Source of the DNA: a virus | DNA: 64,000 nt | Strand: one strand, 5' to 3' | Virus record (IMG/VR): IMGVR_UViG_3300008050_008852 | Coordinates: 32,001 to 96,000 of that record | Shown: in pieces, positions 42,396 to 52,173 of the stretch | How positions within the stretch are numbered: the first letter of the stretch is position 1 | Layout of the letters: the number at the start of each line of letters is the position of its first letter | Notes under the pieces: generated by a model | Database searches by the model: none | Told to the model about the DNA's origin: nothing | Seen by the model: the letters and a program-made list of their open reading frames with translations, nothing else | Position numbers and translations under genes: made by a program

Positions 42396-42958
42396 TGAAT
42401 AACGAATTTGTAATCGGCTTAGATGTGTCAACAAGTTGTACTGGCATTTCAATTTTAAGTCTAGATGGTAAAGTAATTAATATTTCGTACTGTAAACCAA
42501 AAGGTGATACGTTAGTAGAAAAAACTATTGACTTTAAGCACTTTGTTTGTAATTTTTTGAGTATAAATGGCTTTGGAAAACCTCAACATATATATATTGA
42601 ACAAAATCTTCAAAAATTCCGGCGTGGATTTTCGAGTGCTCAAGTTATTAATAAACTTGCAAGATTCAATGGTATGGTTAGCTATGTAATGTTTGAAAAT
42701 TTTAATGTGCAACCAGAATATATAAACGTCAATGAAGGTAGAAAAGCTTTGGGTATTAAGGTTCCTCGTGGATCAAACGCTAAAGAGGTTGTCTTTAAGT
42801 GGTGTAAGCACTCATATGCTAATTTAGAGTGGCCAACAAAAAAATTAAAGTCAGGTCCGAGAAAAGGGCTTGTAATCTTAGACACATGTTGTTATGATAT
42901 GGCAGATGCCATTGTAACTGCAGCCGCCGGGATTACGTTAGATGAACGAAATAGATGA
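42395..42958 (+). CDS. RuvC-like Holliday junction resolvase
   Basis: RNase H-fold catalytic motifs VIGLDVSTSCTG, IYIEQ and YDMADAIV; ATG overlaps the upstream TGA. Confidence 0.82.
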   Translation: MNNEFVIGLDVSTSCTGISILSLDGKVINISYCKPKGDTLVEKTIDFKHFVCNFLSINGFGKPQHIYIEQNLQKFRRGFSSAQVINKLARFNGMVSYVMFENFNVQPEYINVNEGRKALGIKVPRGSNAKEVVFKWCKHSYANLEWPTKKLKSGPRKGLVILDTCCYDMADAIVTAAAGITLDERNR

Positions 42959-43934
42959 CGAAAAAAGAGTATTTGAGATTAGAGCCAACTTTTTACAGTC
43001 CATTTTTGGTACTGGTGTAAAATCACCGGAGCATTTCGCCGTTTCATGTCCAGCATGTTGTTCTGAAACAGATCGAAAACATAAAAAGAAGCTTTCTATA
43101 AGATTGGCTACTGGTATGCACCATTGTTGGATATGTGGACTAAAAGGTAAGACACTTAAGTATACAATTAAAAAGTATAAACCACAATATTTGTCAGAGT
43201 ACTGTAGAATATTTGAAGAAGAAGATTATAATTCGAAAATTAAGCCTCCAGCAGAAGATGAAGAAATAATAGCAGTACTTCCATCAGGATTTATACCATT
43301 AGCTACATCTATTCCTTTAGATCCGGATCATATAGCAACAATAAAGTACCTTTTTGCACGACAAATATCTAAGGATGATTTTTATAGATACCGCCTGGGT
43401 ACCTGCATAACCGGTAAGTTTTCACGAAAGGTTATTATGCCATCTTTTGATGTAGATGGCAATTTAAATTATTTTACAGCCAGATCAATTGATTCAGATG
43501 GTTCAAAAAAATACATTAATTCAAAGGTTAAGCGGAAAGACGTAATTTTTAACGAAATAAATATTAGATGGAACAAGCCTCTTACCCTTGTTGAAGGTCC
43601 ATTTGATTTAATGAAGTGTAATTGGAATGCAACTGCAATGCTTGGATCATACTTAGATGAAAGTTATCAACTGTTTCAAAAGATAGTTAAAAATTGTACT
43701 GAAGTGATATTAGCAATGGATTCAGACGCCAAAGATAAGTGTTCAAAGATAGCACAAAAATTAAAATCTTATGGAATAAATGTAAAATATGTAAATTTGG
43801 ATAAATTTAATGATGTAGGTGAGATGACAAAGCTTGAATTTGAAGAAATATTGCGAAACGCAAAACCATGGTCATCGGTGTCATTACTTAATTCAAAAAT
43901 TAGTAATATTAGATCAAGTTCAAATTTTTTTTAA
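42942..43934 (+). CDS. DNA primase (zinc finger + TOPRIM; gp61/DnaG-like)
   Basis: CPAC...HCWICG zinc finger; YFTARS; TOPRIM motifs LVEGPFD and AMDSDA; DVGEM. Confidence 0.88.
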   Translation: MNEIDDEKRVFEIRANFLQSIFGTGVKSPEHFAVSCPACCSETDRKHKKKLSIRLATGMHHCWICGLKGKTLKYTIKKYKPQYLSEYCRIFEEEDYNSKIKPPAEDEEIIAVLPSGFIPLATSIPLDPDHIATIKYLFARQISKDDFYRYRLGTCITGKFSRKVIMPSFDVDGNLNYFTARSIDSDGSKKYINSKVKRKDVIFNEINIRWNKPLTLVEGPFDLMKCNWNATAMLGSYLDESYQLFQKIVKNCTEVILAMDSDAKDKCSKIAQKLKSYGINVKYVNLDKFNDVGEMTKLEFEEILRNAKPWSSVSLLNSKISNIRSSSNFF

Positions 43935-43942
43935 GGGATTAA

Positions 43943-44599
43943 ATGTTAAAAATTGCTCATTTAGCAGATATACATTTTAGAGGTTTATCACGTCATGACG
44001 AATACCGTTATGCGTTTGAACAGTTTTTCGATCAGTGTGATAAGATAAAACCAGATCATATAGTAATTGCTGGTGATATTGTACACTCTAAAACGCATGG
44101 TATATCACCGGAATTAGTTGACATTTTAACGTGGTGGTTTAAAACCATGGCTTCAATTGCTCCAACACATATTATACTGGGAAATCATGATGGTTTAATG
44201 CATAATAAAAGTAGGCAAGATGCAATTAGCCCAATTGTTAATGCAATTGATTCTAGTAATTTATACCTATATAAGGAATCTGGCAATTATTTAGTTGGTG
44301 ACGATATTTGTTTTAATGTATTTTCGTGTTTTGATGAAGATAATTGGGATAAAGTAGTACCAGTACCTGATAGAATTAATATAGCACTTTATCATGGTGC
44401 CGTGAAAGGCAGTGAAATTGAGACAGACTGGATAATTGAAGGTGAGGTTGAAGCAGCTATATTTGATGGTTATGATTTTGCAATGATTGGTGATATTCAT
44501 AAACGCCAAACTGTTTCGTCTAGATGGTCTACAAAAGAAATAGATGAAACGGAATTAGAGGGTTATATAGCCTCTGGTTGGGAAATTGTTAATGAGTAA
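43943..44599 (+). CDS. Mre11/SbcD/gp47-like metallophosphoesterase nuclease, N-terminal fragment
   Basis: Motifs AHLADIH, IAGDIVH, LGNHD, ALYHG and GDIHKRQ; the next motif (YPGS) is missing and appears in the following ORF. Confidence 0.88.
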   Translation: MLKIAHLADIHFRGLSRHDEYRYAFEQFFDQCDKIKPDHIVIAGDIVHSKTHGISPELVDILTWWFKTMASIAPTHIILGNHDGLMHNKSRQDAISPIVNAIDSSNLYLYKESGNYLVGDDICFNVFSCFDEDNWDKVVPVPDRINIALYHGAVKGSEIETDWIIEGEVEAAIFDGYDFAMIGDIHKRQTVSSRWSTKEIDETELEGYIASGWEIVNE

Positions 44600-44602
44600 T
44601 GT

Positions 44603-47176
44603 ATGAGTAAAATAAAAATACGTAAAAAGCTTGGTCATATAAAATATCCAGGTTCAACAACACAACAAAATTTTGGTGAGTCGATTCAAAAAGGCTGGCT
44701 TTTATGGAAGATTGAGTCTAAGAATAATTTTTCAAGTGAGTTTATTGAACTGAAAAATAATAGCCCGTTTATAACACTCGATTGGTCTGAGATTGATACT
44801 AGCAACGACAGTAACCATATTATACCTTTTGGTGCCAGAATCCGCTTAAAACACCCTCAAGATATCCCGCGAGCAGAAGTTAAGCAGTTTAAGTCGTTAT
44901 TAAGAGAGAAATTTGGGGCATCTGAAATTGTTACAAGGGTTGAGGCCCTTCCAGTAAAAGAAAAGATGAAAATGTCTGATGAACAAGTAATTAATTTTCG
45001 TGATTACGGTGTTTTGTTGGCATTATTTAAAGAATTTCATATTGATAAGCAATATGATGAAGATATGTGGGAGCTTATTGCCTCCAGGTTAAAAAGATAT
45101 TGTGAGATGATTCCAAAGGCAGATTCTGCGCGCGGAACCAAGTGGTCAATTGAAAAAATGACATTTGATAACATGTTTGGTTATGGTGAAGGAAATATTA
45201 TTAATTTTGTTGAACTAAGCGGTGTTGTAGGTCTATTTGGTCGAAATAGAGTCGGCAAAAGCTCAATTCCTGGTACAATAAGTTATGGTTTATTCAATAC
45301 CTCCGATAGAGGCTCATTAAAGAATCTTCATATTATTAATACTAGAAAAAATTATTGTAAAACTGAAATAGATATCGCAATTGATGGTAAAAAATATAAA
45401 ATTCAACGCCAATCGGTCAAGAAGGTATCAAGAAAAAGTTCTATTAGCGCATCAACTCATTTAAACATATTTGAATTAAATGATCAAGGTGAAATTACCA
45501 AGGACATAACTGGAGAACAACGCCGGGACACAGATGTAGTACTTTCTAAGCTGATCGGTGATAAAGACGATTTCTTTTTAACAACATTTGCCTCTCAAGG
45601 TCAAATGAATGCTTTTATTCAACAACGCGCCACATCTAGAAAGGCTGTATTGGCTAATTTTCTTGATTTGGCCGTATTTGACACACTTTATGAATTAATA
45701 CATAAGGATGCTAGTTATATTAAATCTAAATTAGCAAAAATTCCTGAACGAAATTGGGGATCAATTATTTCTGATACTGAATGTGATATTATTGAGAATA
45801 AAGAACAAATACAAGTATTAGAATCAGAGACATCAAGCCTTCAACAACGCTTAAACGGGCTTCGACTTGAATTAAGTGATATTAACCCAAAGAATATTAT
45901 CACACGTCATGAAGTGGTACGAAAAGAAAAAAAATTAAAAGAAATATCCAATAGGTTAATAAACGTTAATACAAAAATTGTTGATATAGAAGAATTAATA
46001 ACTGATTATGATAGAAAGATAAAAAAAGCAGAGTTATTTGAATTATCTTTTCCGCTTGAGGAATTAGAACAAAAGCTTCAGGAACAATGTGTTCTTGAGC
46101 GCAATCTATTAACAATAAAGCATAAATTAGAATCAGAAAAGAATACACTCAAACGCCAACGTGAATCTGCAAAAATATTAAAGGCTGTTCCTTGTGGCGA
46201 TGTGTATCCAACTTGTAAATTTATTAAAAAGTCACATAAAGATGCAAAGATAATTGATGAACAAATTAATAGTGTTAACGAGATTAAAAAGTCAACAAAG
46301 ATAATTCAACAATCGTTTAATAGATTAATTGATCAAAAATTAGGCGATAAAATTAATTCATATCGCAAAATTGTAAAGTCGGCGACTGAAACACGCCTAT
46401 CAAAAACATCGTTAGAATTTGATTTGGCTGCATTACGAAAAGAAAAGAGTGAACTTGAAGAATCAGAAATATTAGTGTCAGATCAATTGGTCGTAATGTC
46501 ATCACAATTAATAACTGAGTCTGATAATCCGGATATTTCCATTTTAACTAAGAAAATTCAGGACCTTGAAGATTCAATTAGGAATAATGACGTTTCTAGA
46601 TTGTCATTAAGTGAAAAAAACGGTATTGCAAAAGCAAAATTAGAGCAATTAAAAGAAGAAAAGTCCGATTATGAGTCAACCCTTGGTGATTGGAGAGTTT
46701 ATGACGCTTTATTGATGGCTACTAGTAAGCGTGGGGTACCTCTTCATGTACTTAATTCTAGACTTCCAAAAATTAATGCTGAAATTGCAAAAATTTTAGG
46801 TGATAGTACAAATTTTTCTGTTACACTGGAAGCGCCGATAGATTCTAATGAAATGAATATATACATAGATTATGGTGATTCATCTCGCCCAATTGAATGT
46901 GCTTCTGGCATGGAAAAAATGTTATCGTCATTAGCTATTCGTGTAGCGTTAATAAATATATCTACACTGCCAAAATCAGATATCCTTATAATTGATGAAG
47001 GGTTTGGCTCACTTGACGATAATAATGTAGAAGCTTGTGGAAAATTACTACAGAGTTTAAAAAATTATTTTAAGACAATTTTTATTATTTCGCATGTAGA
47101 TGCTGTAAAAGATAGCGTCGATAATTTAATTGAAATAACAAAAAAAGGAGTTGATGCTTATGTTCGTGCAATTTAG
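44603..47176 (+). CDS. Fusion of the Mre11/SbcD C-terminal part with a Rad50/SbcC/gp46-like ABC ATPase
   Basis: N-terminal YPGSTTQQNFGE.IQKGWLLW; Walker A GRNRVGKSS; Q-loop ASQGQ; coiled coil with CGDVYPTC; signature ASGMEK; Walker B LIIDEGFGSLD; H-loop IISH. Confidence 0.9.
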   Translation: MSKIKIRKKLGHIKYPGSTTQQNFGESIQKGWLLWKIESKNNFSSEFIELKNNSPFITLDWSEIDTSNDSNHIIPFGARIRLKHPQDIPRAEVKQFKSLLREKFGASEIVTRVEALPVKEKMKMSDEQVINFRDYGVLLALFKEFHIDKQYDEDMWELIASRLKRYCEMIPKADSARGTKWSIEKMTFDNMFGYGEGNIINFVELSGVVGLFGRNRVGKSSIPGTISYGLFNTSDRGSLKNLHIINTRKNYCKTEIDIAIDGKKYKIQRQSVKKVSRKSSISASTHLNIFELNDQGEITKDITGEQRRDTDVVLSKLIGDKDDFFLTTFASQGQMNAFIQQRATSRKAVLANFLDLAVFDTLYELIHKDASYIKSKLAKIPERNWGSIISDTECDIIENKEQIQVLESETSSLQQRLNGLRLELSDINPKNIITRHEVVRKEKKLKEISNRLINVNTKIVDIEELITDYDRKIKKAELFELSFPLEELEQKLQEQCVLERNLLTIKHKLESEKNTLKRQRESAKILKAVPCGDVYPTCKFIKKSHKDAKIIDEQINSVNEIKKSTKIIQQSFNRLIDQKLGDKINSYRKIVKSATETRLSKTSLEFDLAALRKEKSELEESEILVSDQLVVMSSQLITESDNPDISILTKKIQDLEDSIRNNDVSRLSLSEKNGIAKAKLEQLKEEKSDYESTLGDWRVYDALLMATSKRGVPLHVLNSRLPKINAEIAKILGDSTNFSVTLEAPIDSNEMNIYIDYGDSSRPIECASGMEKMLSSLAIRVALINISTLPKSDILIIDEGFGSLDDNNVEACGKLLQSLKNYFKTIFIISHVDAVKDSVDNLIEITKKGVDAYVRAI

Positions 47177-47426
47177 TGATATACGAATTATAAAAGATGA
47201 AAATTATCAAAAGGTACCATTATCATGCGATGTTTGTGATACAATGTTATGTGTTTTTGATATTATGGATTATAAGAAATATGAGTGCTGCGCCAATTGT
47301 TCATTGATGATTGCTCACCCAAACGCAGAAAAATGGCTTAATGGCTGGCGTCCTTCAAAGAAAGAAATTGATAGAGTGGTAGAAAACCAGAATAATACGC
47401 CTATTTATATCATGAGAGGTTTGTAA
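47160..47426 (+). CDS. Small zinc-binding protein
   Basis: CDVC...CCANC and WLNGWRP; ATG 47160 follows AGGAG. Confidence 0.6.
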   Translation: MFVQFSDIRIIKDENYQKVPLSCDVCDTMLCVFDIMDYKKYECCANCSLMIAHPNAEKWLNGWRPSKKEIDRVVENQNNTPIYIMRGL

Positions 47427-47809
47427 TGCTAAATTCAAATGAAGTAAATATTTTGGGGAATATCTTTAATTCCTCATTTGGAAAATCATCACTTACATTT
47501 AATTGTAAGGCACTATTAGAAGATGATAGAATAAAAGTAATGTATAGTACATCAGCAAGTTTCGCTTCAGAGCAAGACATGCATTGGCAACAGGTGCGTT
47601 TAAGTGAAGAATCAACAGCTAGAATTGCTGATTTTATTACAAATGCAAAAAAAGAATTTAAACAAGAATCTGGTGTTGCCTTAAAACTCAACGAAATACT
47701 TGATAGGGATTCTCTTGAGCTTGTGAATGCGTCAATGAATAACCCTCGACGCGTCTTTGTCTACAGGCGCTTTGCGGAGTTTGAGATATTAAATGGCGCC
47801 AAGCAATAA
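47426..47809 (+). CDS. Hypothetical protein upstream of the terminase
   Basis: 127-aa ORF with GAGG RBS, overlapping the terminase start. Confidence 0.6.
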   Translation: MLNSNEVNILGNIFNSSFGKSSLTFNCKALLEDDRIKVMYSTSASFASEQDMHWQQVRLSEESTARIADFITNAKKEFKQESGVALKLNEILDRDSLELVNASMNNPRRVFVYRRFAEFEILNGAKQ

Positions 47810-49397
47810 AAAGCATCAAGTTCAAGAAATTGTAAAATGTGGTAAAGAGCCTCTATATTTTATAAATAAGTACGTAAAAATACAACATCCTGAACGTGGT
47901 ACAATATCATTTAATACCTATCCATTTCAAGACGACTGTGTAGAAAACTTTATTGATAACCGTTTTAATATAATTGTTAAATCACGTCAGTTAGGCCTAT
48001 CAACACTTGTTGCTGCTTATGCGGTTTGGTTGGCTATTTTTTATAAAGACAAAAGTGTTCTTGTTATTGCTACAAAACTAGCGGTTGCTCAAAACTTTAT
48101 AAAGAAGGTAAAAGTTGCAATTAAAAGTTTACCACCTTGGTTGATTTTACCTGAAATAACTGGTAACAATAAGCAAAGCGTTGAATTTGGTAATGGCTCA
48201 ACAATAAAGGCAATTCCGACGTCTGACGACGCTGGCCGATCCGAGGCTCTTTCACTTTTGATTATTGATGAGGCCGCATTCGTCCGCAACTTTGATGAAC
48301 TCTGGATGGGTTTGTACCCCACCTTATCAACTGGTGGTAGGGCTATAGTGCTTTCTACACCAAATGGTGTTGGTGGTCAATATTACGATCTTTATATGAA
48401 GGCAGAAAATGGTGACAACGATTTTCATGCAACAAAGCTAATATGGGATGTCCATCCAGAACGAGATGATGAGTGGTTTGAAACAGAATGTAAGGCAATG
48501 AATGAAAAGCAAATCGCACAAGAACTATTGTGTGACTTTGCCGCGGCTGGTGATACATTTTTAACTGCTAGAGAAATTGAATACATAAGGAATTGTGTAA
48601 AAGCACCGATGGATAAATGGGGCTTTGAGAACGCAGTTTGGGTATGGAAATACCCCCTAACTGAACACAAGTATTTAATCAGTGCGGATGTTGCTAGAGG
48701 CGACGGTGCAGATTACTCTACTTTTGTTGTTATTGATATTGCAAACAGTGAAGTTGTTGCGGATTTTAAGGCAAAAATACCACCAGATAATTTTGCCACA
48801 CTATTAGCCGAAGCAGGCAGACGCTATAATATGGCTACAGTAATACCTGAAAGTAATACATACGGATATGCCGTATTGATGAAATTACAAGAACTACAAT
48901 ATGAAGCCATTTATTTTGCAAAAGAAAAAGATCGTTTTGATGTGATGTATGGTGATGGTAATATTGGAAAAGCAGGCTTTTCTACACAAACGTCTTCTAG
49001 ATCAAAAATATTGACCAAGCTTGAAGAAGTTATTAGAAATAAACAGATTTTGATATATTCGTCAAGAATCTATGAAGAGTTAAAGACGTTTATTTGGAAA
49101 GGTACAAAGCCACAAGCTATGAAGGGTAAAAATGACGATCTTGTAATAGCTTTAGCTATTGGTTGTTGGTTATATGACACTTCGTCGCAATATTCAAAAC
49201 AAGTGATTGATTTAAATGCCGCCATGTTAAACGCAATGTCAGTTAATAAAACAGAGGCACCAGAGCAATTAAACGGACAGTTGAAAAAACATCAACACTT
49301 AAACCCATTTATACCAATTGTTGTATCTGAAGATCAATTTGCTAATGAAGAAGATGAAAAAAATCCATTAACCAATCTCGGTTGGTTGTTAAAATAA
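47793..49397 (+). CDS. Terminase large subunit (T4 gp17-like)
   Basis: YPFQ; Walker A KSRQLGLST; Walker B LLIIDEAAF; coupling motif STPNG; QELLCDF; nuclease motifs ADVARGDGADYS and NDDLVIALAI. Confidence 0.95.
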   Translation: MAPSNKKHQVQEIVKCGKEPLYFINKYVKIQHPERGTISFNTYPFQDDCVENFIDNRFNIIVKSRQLGLSTLVAAYAVWLAIFYKDKSVLVIATKLAVAQNFIKKVKVAIKSLPPWLILPEITGNNKQSVEFGNGSTIKAIPTSDDAGRSEALSLLIIDEAAFVRNFDELWMGLYPTLSTGGRAIVLSTPNGVGGQYYDLYMKAENGDNDFHATKLIWDVHPERDDEWFETECKAMNEKQIAQELLCDFAAAGDTFLTAREIEYIRNCVKAPMDKWGFENAVWVWKYPLTEHKYLISADVARGDGADYSTFVVIDIANSEVVADFKAKIPPDNFATLLAEAGRRYNMATVIPESNTYGYAVLMKLQELQYEAIYFAKEKDRFDVMYGDGNIGKAGFSTQTSSRSKILTKLEEVIRNKQILIYSSRIYEELKTFIWKGTKPQAMKGKNDDLVIALAIGCWLYDTSSQYSKQVIDLNAAMLNAMSVNKTEAPEQLNGQLKKHQHLNPFIPIVVSEDQFANEEDEKNPLTNLGWLLK

Positions 49398-49424
49398 TAT
49401 AATTATAAAATACGGTACACTAAA

Positions 49425-51359
49425 ATGGCAGAAAAAAATACAGGTTTGTTTTCACGTTTGACATCACTTTTTCGTGATGGTCCATCAATAAAACGTCGAG
49501 TAAAGTCTTTTGATGATAAGGCTCCAGCAGGTGCTTCATCACTACAGCAATTTAGACAAGCCCATTCCACCGTATACTCCAGTACAATGAGCGCATATGG
49601 TTCTTTTGATCGGATGAGTCGCTATAGTGACTTTGCAGAAATGGAAGCGACACCAGAAATTGCATCGGCTCTTGATATTTACTCTGAGGAAACCGTTTCA
49701 GCAGACGATAAAGGTAATGTCTTACACATTTATTCTGAGAATCGTAAAATTAGAGAATTGTTACAAACATTATTTTATGATACATTAAACGTTGATTTTA
49801 ATCTTCCAATGTGGGTTCGAAATCTTGTAAAATATGGTGATTTCTTTCTTTTTAATGATGTGTCTCCAGAATTTGGCGTAATTGCATGCTATCCAATTCC
49901 AATATCTGAGGTTGAACGAGAAGAAGGGTTTGATTCAAATGATCCAGGTGCAGTTCGTTTTAGATGGATGACTCAAGGTAATCAAATTCTTGAAAATTGG
50001 CAGGTATCTCACTTCCGCCTTCTTGGAAATGACGCCTTTTTACCTTATGGTTCCAGCGTACTAGAATCAGCCAGAAGAATTTGGCGTCAATTAATTTTAA
50101 TCGAAGATGCAATGCTTGTTTATCGCATAATTAGAGCACCTGAACGTCGAGTGTTTTATATTGATGTTGGTAATGTACCTCCAGAAGATGTTGCGACATA
50201 CTTAGAACAAGCAAAAAATTCGTTAAAACGTGAACCGGTTGTTAATAAGGCTGATGGGCGTGTTGATTTACGCTACAATCCGATGTCAGTTGACGAAGAC
50301 TATTTTCTTCCCGTTCGCGGAGGCGATTCAGGAACAAAGATCGATACTTTAACCGGCGGTGCAAATACTGCAGCCATTGAAGATGTTGAATATATTCAGA
50401 AGAAATTGTTTGCAGCACTTAAGATTCCAAAGGCCTATCTTGGCTATGATGAAGACATTGGTTCCAAGGCAACATTGGCTCAAGAAGATATTAGGTTCTC
50501 TAGATCAATTGCAAGAATACAAAGAACAGTGATATCAGAGCTTAATAAACTTGCTATGGTTCACTTATATTCACATGGTTTTACTGGCGATACGTTGATT
50601 GATTTTGAATTAAAATTATCAAATCCGTCATCAATTGCTCAGCAACAAAAACTTGAATTAATATCTACACGTTTTGACATCGCCGGCAAAGCCCCTGAAG
50701 GTTTGGTTGATAGAAGGTGGATTCAAAAGAATGTAATGCATCTAACTGATGAAGAAATTGAATATATTGCCCAAGGTCGAGTTGATGATAAAGAACTTGA
50801 TGCCGCTATTGAATCTTCTGGTGAAGAAGCCGGCGATGAAGGTGGTGGCGATGATTTTGCCGACGAAGGCGGCGATGAAGGCGGCCTATTCGCTGCAGAT
50901 CAAACGCTTGGATCATTATTGATTGGTGATTCTGGTAATATTGATGAAGATGATGAAGAAGAAAATATATCTATTAATGATGATGAAGCTCCAATTAAAA
51001 TAGATAGACAGATTAAAAATGCATTTGGTGAACCAATTAGAAAACGAAAGAATAAATTGGGCCCAGGGTACTTACAGATGCCTGATCTTGCAAATATTAC
51101 GGGTGTCGGTTCAACTACACGATCCAGAGACACTAGTAACAAGCCTTTTGAGGCCTTTACAAATGACTTTGCAGATTTGCTTAATGATGATATAGGATTT
51201 AAGTCATCAACCCGACCAAGAATGAGTGCAGATGTTACAAAAACGTTATTAAATCTTGACGATGTAATAAGTAATAAGGTCCGTGTTTTAAGCGAAGATA
51301 ATAAATTGGCTGAGGCACTTAACATAAATGACGAGGAAGATCAAAGTGGCACGCCATAA
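49425..51359 (+). CDS. Portal protein (T4 gp20-like) with a long acidic C-terminal extension
   Basis: EIASALDIYSEE; QLILIEDAMLVYRIIRAPERRVFYIDVGNVPP; EDYFLPVRGG; DVEYIQKKLFAALKIP. Confidence 0.95.
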   Translation: MAEKNTGLFSRLTSLFRDGPSIKRRVKSFDDKAPAGASSLQQFRQAHSTVYSSTMSAYGSFDRMSRYSDFAEMEATPEIASALDIYSEETVSADDKGNVLHIYSENRKIRELLQTLFYDTLNVDFNLPMWVRNLVKYGDFFLFNDVSPEFGVIACYPIPISEVEREEGFDSNDPGAVRFRWMTQGNQILENWQVSHFRLLGNDAFLPYGSSVLESARRIWRQLILIEDAMLVYRIIRAPERRVFYIDVGNVPPEDVATYLEQAKNSLKREPVVNKADGRVDLRYNPMSVDEDYFLPVRGGDSGTKIDTLTGGANTAAIEDVEYIQKKLFAALKIPKAYLGYDEDIGSKATLAQEDIRFSRSIARIQRTVISELNKLAMVHLYSHGFTGDTLIDFELKLSNPSSIAQQQKLELISTRFDIAGKAPEGLVDRRWIQKNVMHLTDEEIEYIAQGRVDDKELDAAIESSGEEAGDEGGGDDFADEGGDEGGLFAADQTLGSLLIGDSGNIDEDDEEENISINDDEAPIKIDRQIKNAFGEPIRKRKNKLGPGYLQMPDLANITGVGSTTRSRDTSNKPFEAFTNDFADLLNDDIGFKSSTRPRMSADVTKTLLNLDDVISNKVRVLSEDNKLAEALNINDEEDQSGTP

Positions 51360-52173
51360 TAAGAAGAGGAATGCTGGTCTAATCTATGAATTATTAGTTC
51401 AACGATTAAGCAAAGCAGTAGTAGAAAGTGATAATAAAAAAATAAAAATAACTAAACATATTCTACAAAAACATTTTAAACGTGGATCTGAACTTTATAA
51501 AGAATTTAGATTATTTAATGCCCTCCTCACAACAAATAATATAACTGATCAATTGGCTTATAGAATAATTAATGAAGCAAGAGCAGCCGCTTTAAACCAT
51601 GATGCCCGTAAGTTAAATAGAGAAAAATCGTTATTGATTAAAGATATTAATCATATGATAAACGAAACAAGCTTTTATAACAGAAAGATACAAAATTATC
51701 AAGTATATGCATCTGTTCAACAATTATTAAATAACTGGCGTAGTACAGAACTTGATATTGTAGAAACAGCCCACCATGAAAAAACAGTTCATGATTGGTT
51801 ATTATGTGAAAAAAGTGATTTAGTAATTACAGATCAAAAAACAGCCGGCGTAAATGATTTAACTTTATCAATAATGCAAGAGAAGTTTGAATCAAAATAT
51901 GGTTCTATACTAACAAGCAGACAATTTGATATTCTACACGCGTATTCATCTGGTAACGATATACTACCAATTATAGAATCAACGGTTCAGTCTGCAAGAA
52001 AACAGATTGACAAGTATCTAAAAGCTTCTCCATCTGGATTTTTAAACGAAAGGGTTAGACGCACAAAAGCTATAATACAAGAATATAACTTTACACCATC
52101 GTTACTAGACGTTTCTAGAGCAATGGCGTTAGAACAATTAATTGATGAATTGACGGAGGTAACAAATGTCTAA
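51328..52173 (+). CDS. Hypothetical head-module protein
   Basis: 281 aa between portal and protease; N-terminal HNKKRNAGLIYELLV. Confidence 0.6.
   Translation: MTRKIKVARHNKKRNAGLIYELLVQRLSKAVVESDNKKIKITKHILQKHFKRGSELYKEFRLFNALLTTNNITDQLAYRIINEARAAALNHDARKLNREKSLLIKDINHMINETSFYNRKIQNYQVYASVQQLLNNWRSTELDIVETAHHEKTVHDWLLCEKSDLVITDQKTAGVNDLTLSIMQEKFESKYGSILTSRQFDILHAYSSGNDILPIIESTVQSARKQIDKYLKASPSGFLNERVRRTKAIIQEYNFTPSLLDVSRAMALEQLIDELTEVTNV

Noticed and set aside
44597-44599. Genome-wide stop-codon reassignment
   Set aside because: All other genes are intact under the standard code and TAA terminates many of them; this break is local.
44510-44650. Split intein at the Mre11 break
   Set aside because: The acidic/basic pairing is reminiscent, but the added segments are far too short and there is no block A, TxxH or terminal HN followed by C/S/T.
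47793-49397. Intein or intron in the terminase (also checked primase, portal and capsid genes)
   Set aside because: Conserved motifs are collinear at normal spacing; no splicing motifs or homing endonuclease ORFs were seen.
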